A stretch of 38,879 nucleotides of DNA, from positions 1 to 38,879 of the forward strand of contig JACRPZ010000058.1 in NCBI GenBank assembly GCA_016222905.1. The letters are read 5' to 3'. Shown in pieces: positions 1 to 8,505 of this stretch. Numbering within the stretch: the stretch's first letter is position 1; each line of letters opens with the position of its first letter. This DNA is from Nitrospirota bacterium (GTDB taxonomy: Bacteria; Nitrospirota; Thermodesulfovibrionia; UBA6902). The notes under the pieces were generated by a model. The model was not told where the DNA came from and ran no database searches. It worked only from the letters and a program-made list of their open reading frames with translations. The position numbers and the translations under genes are program-made.

Positions 1-9
1 ACTTCATAT

Positions 10-210
10 GTGCACCTCCTCTTAAATTTTAGGGGATATTAACACTATCACCCTGTTTTAAACATTAGGGGTTAGCTTTTTGCTATCGCCCTCAGGAGGT
101 GCACTCTTTTTCATGTTATCATTCCCGCTTGTCGGGAATCTTCTTATTCCCCCTTAATAAAGGGGATAGGGGGTTGTTAAAGGAAAGATTCCCGACAAGC
201 GGGAATGATA
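10..210. repeat. Structured non-coding element. An 11-bp perfect inverted repeat (gtgcacctcct at 10-20, aggaggtgcac at 94-104) is followed by two mutually inverted 24-bp hairpin units (119-142 and 185-208), each an attcccg/cgggaat stem. An imperfect cccctta/taagggg-type palindrome lies between them.
   Basis: Read directly from the sequence. The unit at 119-142 is the exact reverse complement of the unit at 185-208 (aagattcccgacaagcgggaatga). No ORF with an RBS lies here; the minus-strand ORF 213-605 is an antisense artefact. Confidence 0.5.
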
Positions 211-315
211 TATTAATATTGAGTTTTAAGACAGTTCCTGCGTCCTCTTAAAAGCAAACCGGGACAGGATTGCTTTTCCCATTTATGTAGTGTATTGTAA
301 TACAGGAGGTGTTTT

Positions 316-534
316 ATGAGAACCGTATTGTCCGTCAGCCTGCCATCAAACATGTCGGAGGAGCTTGAGAGGTTTGCCAAAAATACCGGACGCAACAAGA
401 GCGACATTGTGAAGGAATCCCTTAGCCTTTTTCTTTGGGAAATGAAGCTCAAGTCAGTGCAGAAAAAGCTCGGTCCAAAAGCAAAGAAGCTCGGCATAGT
501 AAGCGAAGAGGATGTTTTTAAGGCGATATCATGA
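316..534 (+). CDS. Ribbon-helix-helix (CopG/VapB-like) antitoxin, 72 aa
   Basis: An aggaggtg RBS lies 7 nt upstream of the ATG. The protein is small. Its N-terminal stretch LSVSLPSNMSEELERFAKNTGRNKSDIVKESL fits an RHH beta-strand plus helix. The stop overlaps the start of the downstream PIN gene (ATGA). Confidence 0.75.
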   Translation: MRTVLSVSLPSNMSEELERFAKNTGRNKSDIVKESLSLFLWEMKLKSVQKKLGPKAKKLGIVSEEDVFKAIS

Positions 535-932
535 CCGCCGTATTCGATACGAATGTGTACATAGCGGCGATCATCACCGAGGGGATCTGTTCTAAAATTT
601 TGCACAGGGCGCGCGCAAGAGAATTTTCCCTTGCATCATGCCCTTTCATTATGGCAGAGATCAGATTCGTTCTCTCAAAGAAATTTCACCTTTCACATGA
701 TGAAATAGCTTCAGCAATAGAGCCCATCAGTGAAGCCATTGATAAGATCATCGAGCATAACCTCAAAATTGACAGTATATGCCGGGATGCGGATGATGAC
801 AACGTTCTCGCCTGTGCTGTGGCGACAAAGGCGGATTATCTTGTGACAGGGGATGATGACTTGCTAGAGATAAAGAGCTATCAGGACATTAAGATCATGA
901 CTCCAAGAGACTTCGAAGCGTTGTTTGTATAA
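531..932 (+). CDS. PIN-domain ribonuclease toxin (VapC-like), 133 aa
   Basis: An N-terminal AVFDTNVYIAA motif and an acidic cluster DADDDNVLACAVATKADYLVTGDDD are typical of TIGR00305-type PIN toxins. The gene is translationally coupled to the RHH gene. Confidence 0.8.
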   Translation: MTAVFDTNVYIAAIITEGICSKILHRARAREFSLASCPFIMAEIRFVLSKKFHLSHDEIASAIEPISEAIDKIIEHNLKIDSICRDADDDNVLACAVATKADYLVTGDDDLLEIKSYQDIKIMTPRDFEALFV

Positions 933-1075
933 CATTTGATCTTCCCTTCCGATCTATTCTGAATATTGCAATTGCAGTATCTTTAGCAAGCTCGTACGTC
1001 AAGCCATTTCTTATAGGCCACAGATTTCCATTGAATATCCTTAAATCCTGCCTGTACAATACAATAACTCGTTAA

Positions 1076-1519
1076 ATGCTAAATAAAGACAATAATAACA
1101 ACCAATATATCGAAGGCAATTCGCGGGTACAGCTTGCCCTGTTTGCCTTCCTATGTATTTGCAGTCTCATCGGCTTCTTATTAAAGCAAATCGCAGAAGA
1201 GAAAATTGAGCAACTCAATACGGTAACAAATACGACAGCGGCGCTGAGTGAATTGAATAATATTTTTGTCAATTTCTTAATTATACCGCTATCCATTTTT
1301 TGTACTATTCAGGGAATCTATTTATTGCGTCTCGGCATGAAAACGATACGTGCAGGTGTTCATCCGCCGCCCGGCGTTAGAATGCCATTCAGAGCAAAAA
1401 TTCAAACTGGGGTAGCGGCAAAGCTATCAGCCATAGGCTATTTCTTTGCTGCAGTCTGCGGCTTTATTGTTATTGCCCTACTTCTGAAAATGAGGCATGA
1501 AATATTCAGGCACATTTAA
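1076..1519 (+). CDS. Hypothetical small membrane protein with two predicted TM segments, 147 aa
   Basis: The longest ORF in this interval. It has hydrophobic stretches LALFAFLCICSLIGFLL and YFFAAVCGFIVIALLL and an Asn-rich N-terminus. There is no convincing RBS and the start is uncertain. Confidence 0.3.
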   Translation: MLNKDNNNNQYIEGNSRVQLALFAFLCICSLIGFLLKQIAEEKIEQLNTVTNTTAALSELNNIFVNFLIIPLSIFCTIQGIYLLRLGMKTIRAGVHPPPGVRMPFRAKIQTGVAAKLSAIGYFFAAVCGFIVIALLLKMRHEIFRHI

Positions 1520-1683
1520 CAACAGGTTCTACAGCCGACCGAAATTTATGCTGGTTTTGCATCAAGCAGGTTGCCCCTACGGGTCAGCCGAAACGTTATC
1601 GCGGATACATAAACACAAGAGTGATAGCCATTAAAAATTAAAGATGAGTTATAAACTTAAAGGAAACTAATAAAGGAGGTTAT

Positions 1684-3696
1684 ATGGAAATTCTTTTTAA
1701 TTTAATCGGCGTGTTTTCAGTAGGTGGAACAATCTTAGGAATTTTCGCCTTAATCCTGATATATCAATCAGTTGTTATTGTCGGGGGTAAAGAGCTCGCG
1801 CTTATTGAACGGAGATGGTTAGGCAAGAAGATGCCGCAGGGCAGGGTTGTTGCCATGAACAACGAAGTCGGTATTCAGGCAAGGACGCTTGGTCCGGGTA
1901 TGCACTTTCTTATTCCATTTATTTATACGGCAAAAAAGAGCGAGTTTATAGAAATCATGGACGGCAAGGTCGGACTCATCGAATCAGTCGATGGCAGCTC
2001 GATCCCTCCCGGTAAAATATTTGCAAAAGTAATACAGGGACATAATTCTTTTCAGGATGGAGAGGCGTTCTTACAAAACGGAGGCCAGAAAGGTCCTCAG
2101 ATTGATTTTCTTCCCCCCGGTAAATACAGAATAAATCCGTATCTTTTTAAAATATCAATTGCTGACGCAGTTGTTGTCGAGAAGGGGCAGGTGGGAGTTG
2201 TAACGTCACAGGACGGCAGTCCTATAGCACCTGGAAGACTGTTGGCAGCCAGTGTGCCTAATCATCATAACTTTGAAGATGGTGAAAAGTTTCTTGCTAA
2301 CGGCGGCCAAAAGGGCCCGCAGATCGACATACTCCTTCCCGGAACATATCGTATCAACCTGAATTTATTCCAGGTGACAACTGCGCGGGCAGCGGTGGTT
2401 GAGTCTGCTAAAGTCGGTCTCGTTACTGCCAAGGACGGCAACCCTCTCCCCGAAAAAGAATATGTTGCCCAGTCTGTAACTGGTCACGCTGATTTTCAGG
2501 ATGCCAATTCATTTCTCAAAGGCGGCGGGGAGCGCGGGCCTCAGCTCGATGTTCTTAAGCCCGGCACTTACTATATAAACCCGTTAATGTTTGACGTTGC
2601 CTTTGATGATGTTCAGGTTGTTGAGCGCGGACAGGTTGCGGTTGTTGTTTCAAACGTAGGCGAAGAGCCGACGTCTGACATGAAGAAGAGACTCGGATCG
2701 AGCCAGATGGGTGCGACCGAGGAAGAGGGCAAAGAGAAATATGTAGTACCTAAAGGATATCGGGGCATCCAGGAAGAAGTGGCTGGCCCCGGCAAATACT
2801 ACCTTAACAGGCTGGCCTTTATGCCTTATATTATTGACACGACAAACATTACAATAGACTGGGATGATTCAAAAGAGACAAAATTTAATGCTTTGAACGT
2901 GGTCTCAAAGGACGGATTCAGCATTGGTGTTTCGGTCAAAGTTGTCGTCCGCGTAAGACCGGACCAGGCGCCCTACATGGTATCGAAGGTCGGTTCTATC
3001 GACAACCTTATCCTTCACGTTATTCACCCCATGATCGATTCCAGCTTCAGGAACCAGGCCTCAACAACATCTGCCATGAACTTCATGCAGGACAGGCAGG
3101 AAGAGCAGACAAAGGCTGAAACAAGAGCAAGACTGGAGCTCGAAAAGTATCATGTCGAGTGCGTCTCCGTTCTTATCTGCCAGATTATGCTGCCACAGGA
3201 GCTTATGGATACTCAGACGAAGAAGATTATCGCACAGCAGCAGACCACTCAGTTCCAGGAAGAACAGAAGGCGCAGGTAACAAGAATCGAGATGGAAAAG
3301 ACCAAGGCGACCGCTGACCAGCAACCGGAACTTGTCCGGGCCGAGATTGCAGTCAAAGTTGCCGACCAGAAGAAAAGAGAAACAGTTACGCTCGCCGAAG
3401 GTAATGCTGAAAGCGCAAGACTGAAGGGCGAAGGTGATGCCAAAGCAATCGAATCAATAGGTATTGCTACCGCAGAGGCCTACGAAAAGCAGAAGACAGC
3501 CATCGGGCCACAGGCTATTATGGCTATCGAACTCGCAAAACATATCTCTGCTGGCAAGATTAAGATTATGCCTGATATTCTTACAATCGGGAGCGGCGGC
3601 GCAGCTGAAGGGCTTGCGGCAGTTCTTACACAGGCTATTTCACTCAGCGGTATGAAGATTGATCCTGACGGCAAGGCTGTTGTCAAGAAACCATAA
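1684..3696 (+). CDS. Flotillin / YqiK-like SPFH (band 7) family membrane protein with three internal about 65-aa repeats, 670 aa
   Basis: An aaaggagg RBS precedes the gene. The N-terminus is a TM segment, followed by an SPFH-like start (ELALIERRWLGKKMPQGRVVAMNNEVGIQARTL). The C-terminus is a flotillin-type EA-rich coiled coil ending ...AEAYEKQKTAIGPQAIMAIELAKHISAGKIKIMPDILTIGSGG. Residues about 120-320 hold three tandem repeats of the pattern FQDGExFLxNGGQKGPQxDxLxPGxYRINxxLFxV...VVExxxVGxVT. Confidence 0.8.
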   Translation: MEILFNLIGVFSVGGTILGIFALILIYQSVVIVGGKELALIERRWLGKKMPQGRVVAMNNEVGIQARTLGPGMHFLIPFIYTAKKSEFIEIMDGKVGLIESVDGSSIPPGKIFAKVIQGHNSFQDGEAFLQNGGQKGPQIDFLPPGKYRINPYLFKISIADAVVVEKGQVGVVTSQDGSPIAPGRLLAASVPNHHNFEDGEKFLANGGQKGPQIDILLPGTYRINLNLFQVTTARAAVVESAKVGLVTAKDGNPLPEKEYVAQSVTGHADFQDANSFLKGGGERGPQLDVLKPGTYYINPLMFDVAFDDVQVVERGQVAVVVSNVGEEPTSDMKKRLGSSQMGATEEEGKEKYVVPKGYRGIQEEVAGPGKYYLNRLAFMPYIIDTTNITIDWDDSKETKFNALNVVSKDGFSIGVSVKVVVRVRPDQAPYMVSKVGSIDNLILHVIHPMIDSSFRNQASTTSAMNFMQDRQEEQTKAETRARLELEKYHVECVSVLICQIMLPQELMDTQTKKIIAQQQTTQFQEEQKAQVTRIEMEKTKATADQQPELVRAEIAVKVADQKKRETVTLAEGNAESARLKGEGDAKAIESIGIATAEAYEKQKTAIGPQAIMAIELAKHISAGKIKIMPDILTIGSGGAAEGLAAVLTQAISLSGMKIDPDGKAVVKKP

Positions 3697-3749
3697 GCAT
3701 CCTTAATCAAATTAAAAGGGACATCCAATATTCTTAAAGGAAATAATAA

Positions 3750-4217
3750 ATGACGAACAACGACATATTGCGAAGGTTACGGTATGCTCTGGATATCAGC
3801 AATCCGGTGATGATCAAAATATTTAAACTGTCCGGACATGATATTGATCAATCCGGGTTGACCGCTCTTTTTAAAAAGGAAGATGAAGAAGGCTATGTTG
3901 AATGCAGTGATAAGGTGATGGAATTGTTTTTAGACGGGTTAATTGTTCACAGAAGGGGCAGGAAGGAGAGTGTACCGGGTCAGGCAAAAAAGTCAGGCTC
4001 ACCTTTAACAAATAATGCCATATTGAAAAAACTGAGGATAGCGCTGGAGTTGAAAGAAGATGATATGATCGGGATATTAAAACTGGCAGGGGTCACTATG
4101 TCGGGGCATGAACTGACCGCGCTCTTCAGGAAAGAAGGGCATAGAAACTATAAGGAATGCGGGGACCAGTTCCTGAGAAATTTCTTGAACGGCCTTACTG
4201 TTCGCGACAGGGGTTGA
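3750..4217 (+). CDS. DUF1456 (YehS-like) protein, 155 aa, with two internal half-repeats
   Basis: The N-terminal motif TNNDILRRLRYAL recurs as TNNAILKKLRIAL in the second half. This matches the E. coli YehS architecture as I recall it. Confidence 0.7.
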   Translation: MTNNDILRRLRYALDISNPVMIKIFKLSGHDIDQSGLTALFKKEDEEGYVECSDKVMELFLDGLIVHRRGRKESVPGQAKKSGSPLTNNAILKKLRIALELKEDDMIGILKLAGVTMSGHELTALFRKEGHRNYKECGDQFLRNFLNGLTVRDRG

Positions 4218-4300
4218 CAGCCTCCTTAGAAATTGGTATCTAAATGTTTTGTCAAATATAGAGTCGAGTTCTGGATATTATGTCCCGTTAGCGCCTAAAT

Positions 4301-6685
4301 ATGATTGACGGCAATTTGAATACGAAAATTTGTTTTTTATCGCGTCGCAACATTACTGTGTTGGCGGCGATTTTTTTTATTGCGCTTCTTGCGGTTATAG
4401 ATGTCGCGGGGTTTTCCCGCAATGTGGCAGCAGAGACAGACGATTATTTAAAAAACGCGGAGCCATCTGATATTTCTGAGTGGAAGTATTACGGCATAGA
4501 CTCGGAAGAATCCAAAAAATGGATAAAAGAAGGAATTATATTCGCTGCGTGGGCGGCGCAGTGGCGGGGTGAGGGATTCAGCCCTGAGGCTGCCGGCAAG
4601 TGGCGTAAAATAGCGAATGTTTATACCGCGGGAGATTTTTTAAAAAACGGCTTTGGCCCAGACGAGGCCAAGGAGTGGATGGACAACAGCATTCATTCAG
4701 GGCTTCGCGCAAGAGAATATTTAACTTCAGGGCTTACGGCAAAGGAGGCAAGGTCATTCTGGAAGGAAGGGCTTTATCCGGAAGAAGCAAAAGAATGGTG
4801 GAACGCCGGGTTTGACGCCAAGTCAATGCTCGAGTGGCATTACGGTCCACGGGAAAGCGAGTTTTATTACACAAAGGATTCTCCTTCCGCCAGAACCGTC
4901 TATGAGCTTGACATGGCGGTAAAATGGCGCGAAGCGGGCTTTACGCCGCATAATGCGCATATGTCCGGCTTATACGGCATAGAACTTGAAGAGGCTATAA
5001 AATGGAAAGAAGCCGGTTTTTCTTTTGACGATACCGTAAAATGGAAAGATTCGGGTTTTACGCTCGAAGAGGCTCTTTTAAGCAAAAATGCGGGATTAAG
5101 CGCCGTTGACGCGGAACTCAAGCGTTTCGACGAGACGGTTGATAAAGGCGACGAGATATCGAGCTTTGACGCTGACATAACGATAAATAAGGACGGCACG
5201 CTCGACGTCATTGAAACAATAGCGATAATCAACAGGCCGGGCGGTGTATATGAATACGGGTATTCTAAAGTGCTGCCTGTTTCAGGGGAGTTAAGGTCGT
5301 ACGGTTTTTCGCGAGAAATGTATTCAAACCCTGTATTTGAATTGAAGTCAATAGAAGTGGACGGCTCTATCGGCGAGTATTATATCTCGAATAATCTTCT
5401 TTATGTTGGAAGTAAGGATAAACCGCTTAAAGAAGGAGAGCACCTGATAAAATTATCCTATTCAACCGACGGCAGGATTCTGGATGAGCCTCATCATGAT
5501 GAATTGTATTTCTCTATAGTCGAGGAAAATTTTTTCGGCGGATATATAAGAAACGCCTCGGTAACGGTCAGGCTTCCGAAGGGTACGGACGTGATATATG
5601 CTGGCGGCAAAGCCGGATTGTATAAAAGAGAGGATTTCGTTTCGAGCGTTGCAGAAACAAGTAACGGCGATGTCGTGAGTTTTATTGCTGCAAGGCCGCT
5701 TAAGGAAAGAATGCATTTTGCGGTAACCGTAGGGTTCGTAAAGGGATATGTTGATGAAGGAATACTGCATAAACTTAAACAATTTGATAAACGCGCCGGA
5801 AGTTTTTTGTCGAGTTTCGCTATTTTCGTTTTAGGTTTTACCGCCGCGTTTGCTTACTATTTTATCGCGTGGTTTAAGGTGGGGCGCGACCCAAAAGGCC
5901 GTGAAACGGCAATTTTAGAATACTCGTCTCCCGATGATATGGACCCTGCCCTTATGAGGGCGCTTTATGTAAAAGGAAGGACGGATTATCTAAGCGTAGC
6001 TTCCGAGCTTCTCTATCTCGCGGAGATCGGGCTTATTAAGATTTCCGAATATGAAGGAACTTACAAGATAGAAAAAACACTGGTTACTGCAGATGATTTG
6101 CCGAAAATTGTAAAAGAATTTTACACGGCGTTTTTTGGCGCTCAAAGCGAAGTGTTTCTATCGCATAAAGGCAAGGGCAAAGAGGTTTCAAACACCGCGC
6201 AGGTACTGAAAGCCTCGTTAACGAACGAATATAAAAAATACAGCGTATCAAACCGGCGTTATCTATGGCCCGGTATTATTTTGTCCATTTTGTCCATAGT
6301 GTCGTCGCTTTTGATAATCGATTATAATAAATTTGATAACGGAAAAGCCTTCATAGTAATTTCATTTTACGCGACTTTTATAGTCACGGCATTCGCAGTT
6401 ATCACGTTTATGTTTAAGCGTTTTTTACGTTTGCCGACCATGGAATATATTAGGCTTCGCGAACGGGTAGACGGTTATGCCGGATTTCTGGCGGGTAATT
6501 ACAGTGACCGCGGAGACACGCGCTTTATTCCGCCTATTTTGCAGAAGCATCTTCCTTATGCAATTGCCGCCGGCATGGACGTAAGCGATTTGATGATACG
6601 AAATGGAGAGGCTAAATGGTATCATGGAACTTCAGGCGGTTTCGGATGCGAGGATTTTATCAAGCTCGTAAAAAAAGCGTTGTAA
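4301..6685 (+). CDS. DUF2207-type multi-pass membrane protein with an N-terminal array of W-x3-GF-x3-EA repeats, 794 aa
   Basis: An N-terminal TM segment is followed by about 12 copies of a 13-residue unit (e.g. WRGEGFSPEAAGK, WKEAGFSFDDTVK, WKDSGFTLEEALL). A DUF2207-like ecto-domain follows (DITINKDGTLDVIETIAII...). Three C-terminal TM helices complete the protein. It is adjacent to LemA, a known DUF2207 partner. Confidence 0.7.
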   Translation: MIDGNLNTKICFLSRRNITVLAAIFFIALLAVIDVAGFSRNVAAETDDYLKNAEPSDISEWKYYGIDSEESKKWIKEGIIFAAWAAQWRGEGFSPEAAGKWRKIANVYTAGDFLKNGFGPDEAKEWMDNSIHSGLRAREYLTSGLTAKEARSFWKEGLYPEEAKEWWNAGFDAKSMLEWHYGPRESEFYYTKDSPSARTVYELDMAVKWREAGFTPHNAHMSGLYGIELEEAIKWKEAGFSFDDTVKWKDSGFTLEEALLSKNAGLSAVDAELKRFDETVDKGDEISSFDADITINKDGTLDVIETIAIINRPGGVYEYGYSKVLPVSGELRSYGFSREMYSNPVFELKSIEVDGSIGEYYISNNLLYVGSKDKPLKEGEHLIKLSYSTDGRILDEPHHDELYFSIVEENFFGGYIRNASVTVRLPKGTDVIYAGGKAGLYKREDFVSSVAETSNGDVVSFIAARPLKERMHFAVTVGFVKGYVDEGILHKLKQFDKRAGSFLSSFAIFVLGFTAAFAYYFIAWFKVGRDPKGRETAILEYSSPDDMDPALMRALYVKGRTDYLSVASELLYLAEIGLIKISEYEGTYKIEKTLVTADDLPKIVKEFYTAFFGAQSEVFLSHKGKGKEVSNTAQVLKASLTNEYKKYSVSNRRYLWPGIILSILSIVSSLLIIDYNKFDNGKAFIVISFYATFIVTAFAVITFMFKRFLRLPTMEYIRLRERVDGYAGFLAGNYSDRGDTRFIPPILQKHLPYAIAAGMDVSDLMIRNGEAKWYHGTSGGFGCEDFIKLVKKAL

Positions 6686-6698
6686 GAGATGAACGAAT

Positions 6699-7202
6699 AT
6701 GTATACAGCCTATAAAATAAATCCGTGGCCATCGAGGCTGTTGTTTGCTCTTTGCCTCGTGCTTTCGTTTTTGATTCCATACTATGCGGCTGTGCTGGCT
6801 GAGAACGCGCTTATCAAGCACTGGGAGGGTTACGGGTTTACTCCGGAACAGACGCTCTCCTGGTGGGATAAAGGCTTTGTATCCATGGATACGGCAAAGA
6901 GATGGCGCGCCGAAGGGTTTACAGCCCCGGAAGCCGAGTCATGGATGATAATGGACATTCCGTCGGGCGAGGCGCGCGAGTGGAAAGACGGCGGAGTAGT
7001 GTTATCAGAGGCAATGGAGTGGAGGCGGTACGCATTTACACCAAGTAAGGCAAAGGACTGGATGCGTTTCGATTTCAGCATGGGCGACGCGATTGCATGG
7101 CGTAAACACGGGTTTGAGGCTGAAGAAGCAGCGGCGTGGAAGCGCAAGGGAATGAGTCCAATGGGAGCCGTCGAACAAAAGCGCAGAGGAGTTACGCCGT
7201 AA
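6699..7202 (+). CDS. Small membrane-anchored protein made almost entirely of the same W-x3-GF-x3-EA repeats, 167 aa
   Basis: An N-terminal hydrophobic segment LLFALCLVLSFLIPYYAAVLA is followed by repeats (WEGYGFTPEQTLS, WRAEGFTAPEAES, WRKHGFEAEEAAA ...). Its TAA stop overlaps the next gene's ATG (TAATG). Confidence 0.6.
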   Translation: MYTAYKINPWPSRLLFALCLVLSFLIPYYAAVLAENALIKHWEGYGFTPEQTLSWWDKGFVSMDTAKRWRAEGFTAPEAESWMIMDIPSGEAREWKDGGVVLSEAMEWRRYAFTPSKAKDWMRFDFSMGDAIAWRKHGFEAEEAAAWKRKGMSPMGAVEQKRRGVTP

Positions 7203-7711
7203 TGGTGCTTAAGCGTGCAGACGCTGAGAGAAAGGATCCGCCAGAAACCTTTCCCGCTCGCATTGCGCCGTGGTTCGCTCAGGTTATTGTTGTTTTTTGC
7301 CTCGCGGCGTCTTATTTTCTTCCGTATTTTGCTGTCTCGGTTAAGGAGGCATACGATAATAGAGAATGGCTAAAGACCGGAATGAGCGGTTACGAGATAG
7401 ATGATTGGAAGAGGGAAGATATTGACATGGGTCATGCCGTGCGATGGCGTAACGCGGGATTTAAGCCGCCGCACGCCTCAATTTGGGTCAGTAACGGATT
7501 TGAACCGGAAGAATCCGGAATGTGGAACGACCGTGGTTTTTCTCCGAGTGAGGCGATTTCATGGAAGGACAACGGATTTACGGCGGAAGAGGCCTCCGCC
7601 TGGGAGGCGAACGGGTTCTATGATACTGAGGCGAATGACTGGAAAATGAACGGCGTAGGCCCGGTTGAAGCAGCTGTGAAAAAAAAGAAAGGAGAAAGGC
7701 CTAACAGGTGA
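7202..7711 (+). CDS. Paralogous small membrane-anchored W-x3-GF-x3-EA repeat protein, about 169 aa from the ATG at 7202
   Basis: The same frame is open from 7136, but the ATG at 7202 overlaps the upstream stop and removes the gene overlap. It has a TM segment WFAQVIVVFCLAASYFLPYF and then clean 13-residue repeats (WNDRGFSPSEAIS / WKDNGFTAEEASA / WEANGFYDTEAND / WKMNGVGPVEAAV). Confidence 0.55.
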   Translation: MVLKRADAERKDPPETFPARIAPWFAQVIVVFCLAASYFLPYFAVSVKEAYDNREWLKTGMSGYEIDDWKREDIDMGHAVRWRNAGFKPPHASIWVSNGFEPEESGMWNDRGFSPSEAISWKDNGFTAEEASAWEANGFYDTEANDWKMNGVGPVEAAVKKKKGERPNR

Positions 7712-7737
7712 TAGAATAATAAAGGAGGGATAAGAAT

Positions 7738-8319
7738 ATGAATATGGGTATGGATATAAATATTAAGATTGCTGCCGGAATTACAGGCGTGGTGATATTC
7801 CTGTTGTTAGTAATTTATATCTACAATAAACTCGTGCGCTTACGGTATGCAGTGAAAAATTCGTGGTCAGATATAGACGTGCATTTAAAAAAGAGGTATG
7901 AGCTTTTACCGAACCTCGTCGAAGCGGTTAAAGGATACACAACCCACGAAAACGAAACTCTCGCAAAGATAACGCAATTGAGATCCTCGGCAATGGGCGC
8001 TCAAACACCACATGAAAAAGCCAGGGCCGACAATATAATAACGCAGACACTTAAATCCCTTTTCGCGCTTGTCGAGGCATATCCGGAACTCAAGGCTGAC
8101 GTGCATTATAAAGAGATAATGTCCAACATGAAGGAGATTGACGATAACATAGAACACGCGCGCCGTTTTTATAACGCATCGGTAAAGGATTATAACATCG
8201 CTACGGACGTATTTCCGACTAACATCATGGCTTCTGCGTTTTCTTTTAAGCCGGAGGAATTTTTCTTGCTCGACGACGAAGCATCTGAGCGTAAGCCCGT
8301 AAAGGTCAGTTTCAAATAG
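7738..8319 (+). CDS. lemA: LemA family protein, 193 aa
   Basis: An aggaggg RBS precedes it. It has an N-terminal TM segment and the LemA signature NKLVRLRYAVKNSWSDIDVHLKKRYELLPNLVEAVKGYTTHENETL. Confidence 0.85.
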   Translation: MNMGMDINIKIAAGITGVVIFLLLVIYIYNKLVRLRYAVKNSWSDIDVHLKKRYELLPNLVEAVKGYTTHENETLAKITQLRSSAMGAQTPHEKARADNIITQTLKSLFALVEAYPELKADVHYKEIMSNMKEIDDNIEHARRFYNASVKDYNIATDVFPTNIMASAFSFKPEEFFLLDDEASERKPVKVSFK

Positions 8320-8386
8320 AGGTTGAGAGCTTTTCTATAAAAATGATATTATTAATCTGAACTTTTCAAAAAAGGAGAGAACTAAC

Positions 8387-8488
8387 ATGGCAAAGTCGCA
8401 AGAGTCAAAAAAAGAGACCAAGAAAAAACCGCTAAAGACAGCTAAAGAGAAGAGGGCTGCAAAGATAGAAAAGAAGCAAAGTAAATAG
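8387..8488 (+). CDS. Possible 33-aa lysine-rich small protein (MAKSQESKKETKKKPLKTAKEKRAAKIEKKQSK)
   Basis: A strong aaaggagag RBS lies 7-8 nt upstream of the ATG. It is below the 60-aa ORF-track cutoff. The highly basic, low-complexity composition makes a coding call tentative. Confidence 0.3.
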   Translation: MAKSQESKKETKKKPLKTAKEKRAAKIEKKQSK

Positions 8489-8505
8489 CAGCCGGCAGGA
8501 TCTAT

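Noticed and set aside
213-605. 130-aa minus-strand ORF
   Set aside because: It lies antisense to the RHH–PIN operon and spans the hairpin-rich non-coding leader. It has no RBS and a low-complexity translation. It is an artefact of the AT-rich and palindromic sequence.
7136-7201. Longer N-terminal extension of the third W-repeat protein
   Set aside because: The ATG at 7202 overlaps the upstream stop (TAATG). It places the hydrophobic anchor near the N-terminus like its paralog. The extension would overlap the previous gene by 67 nt.
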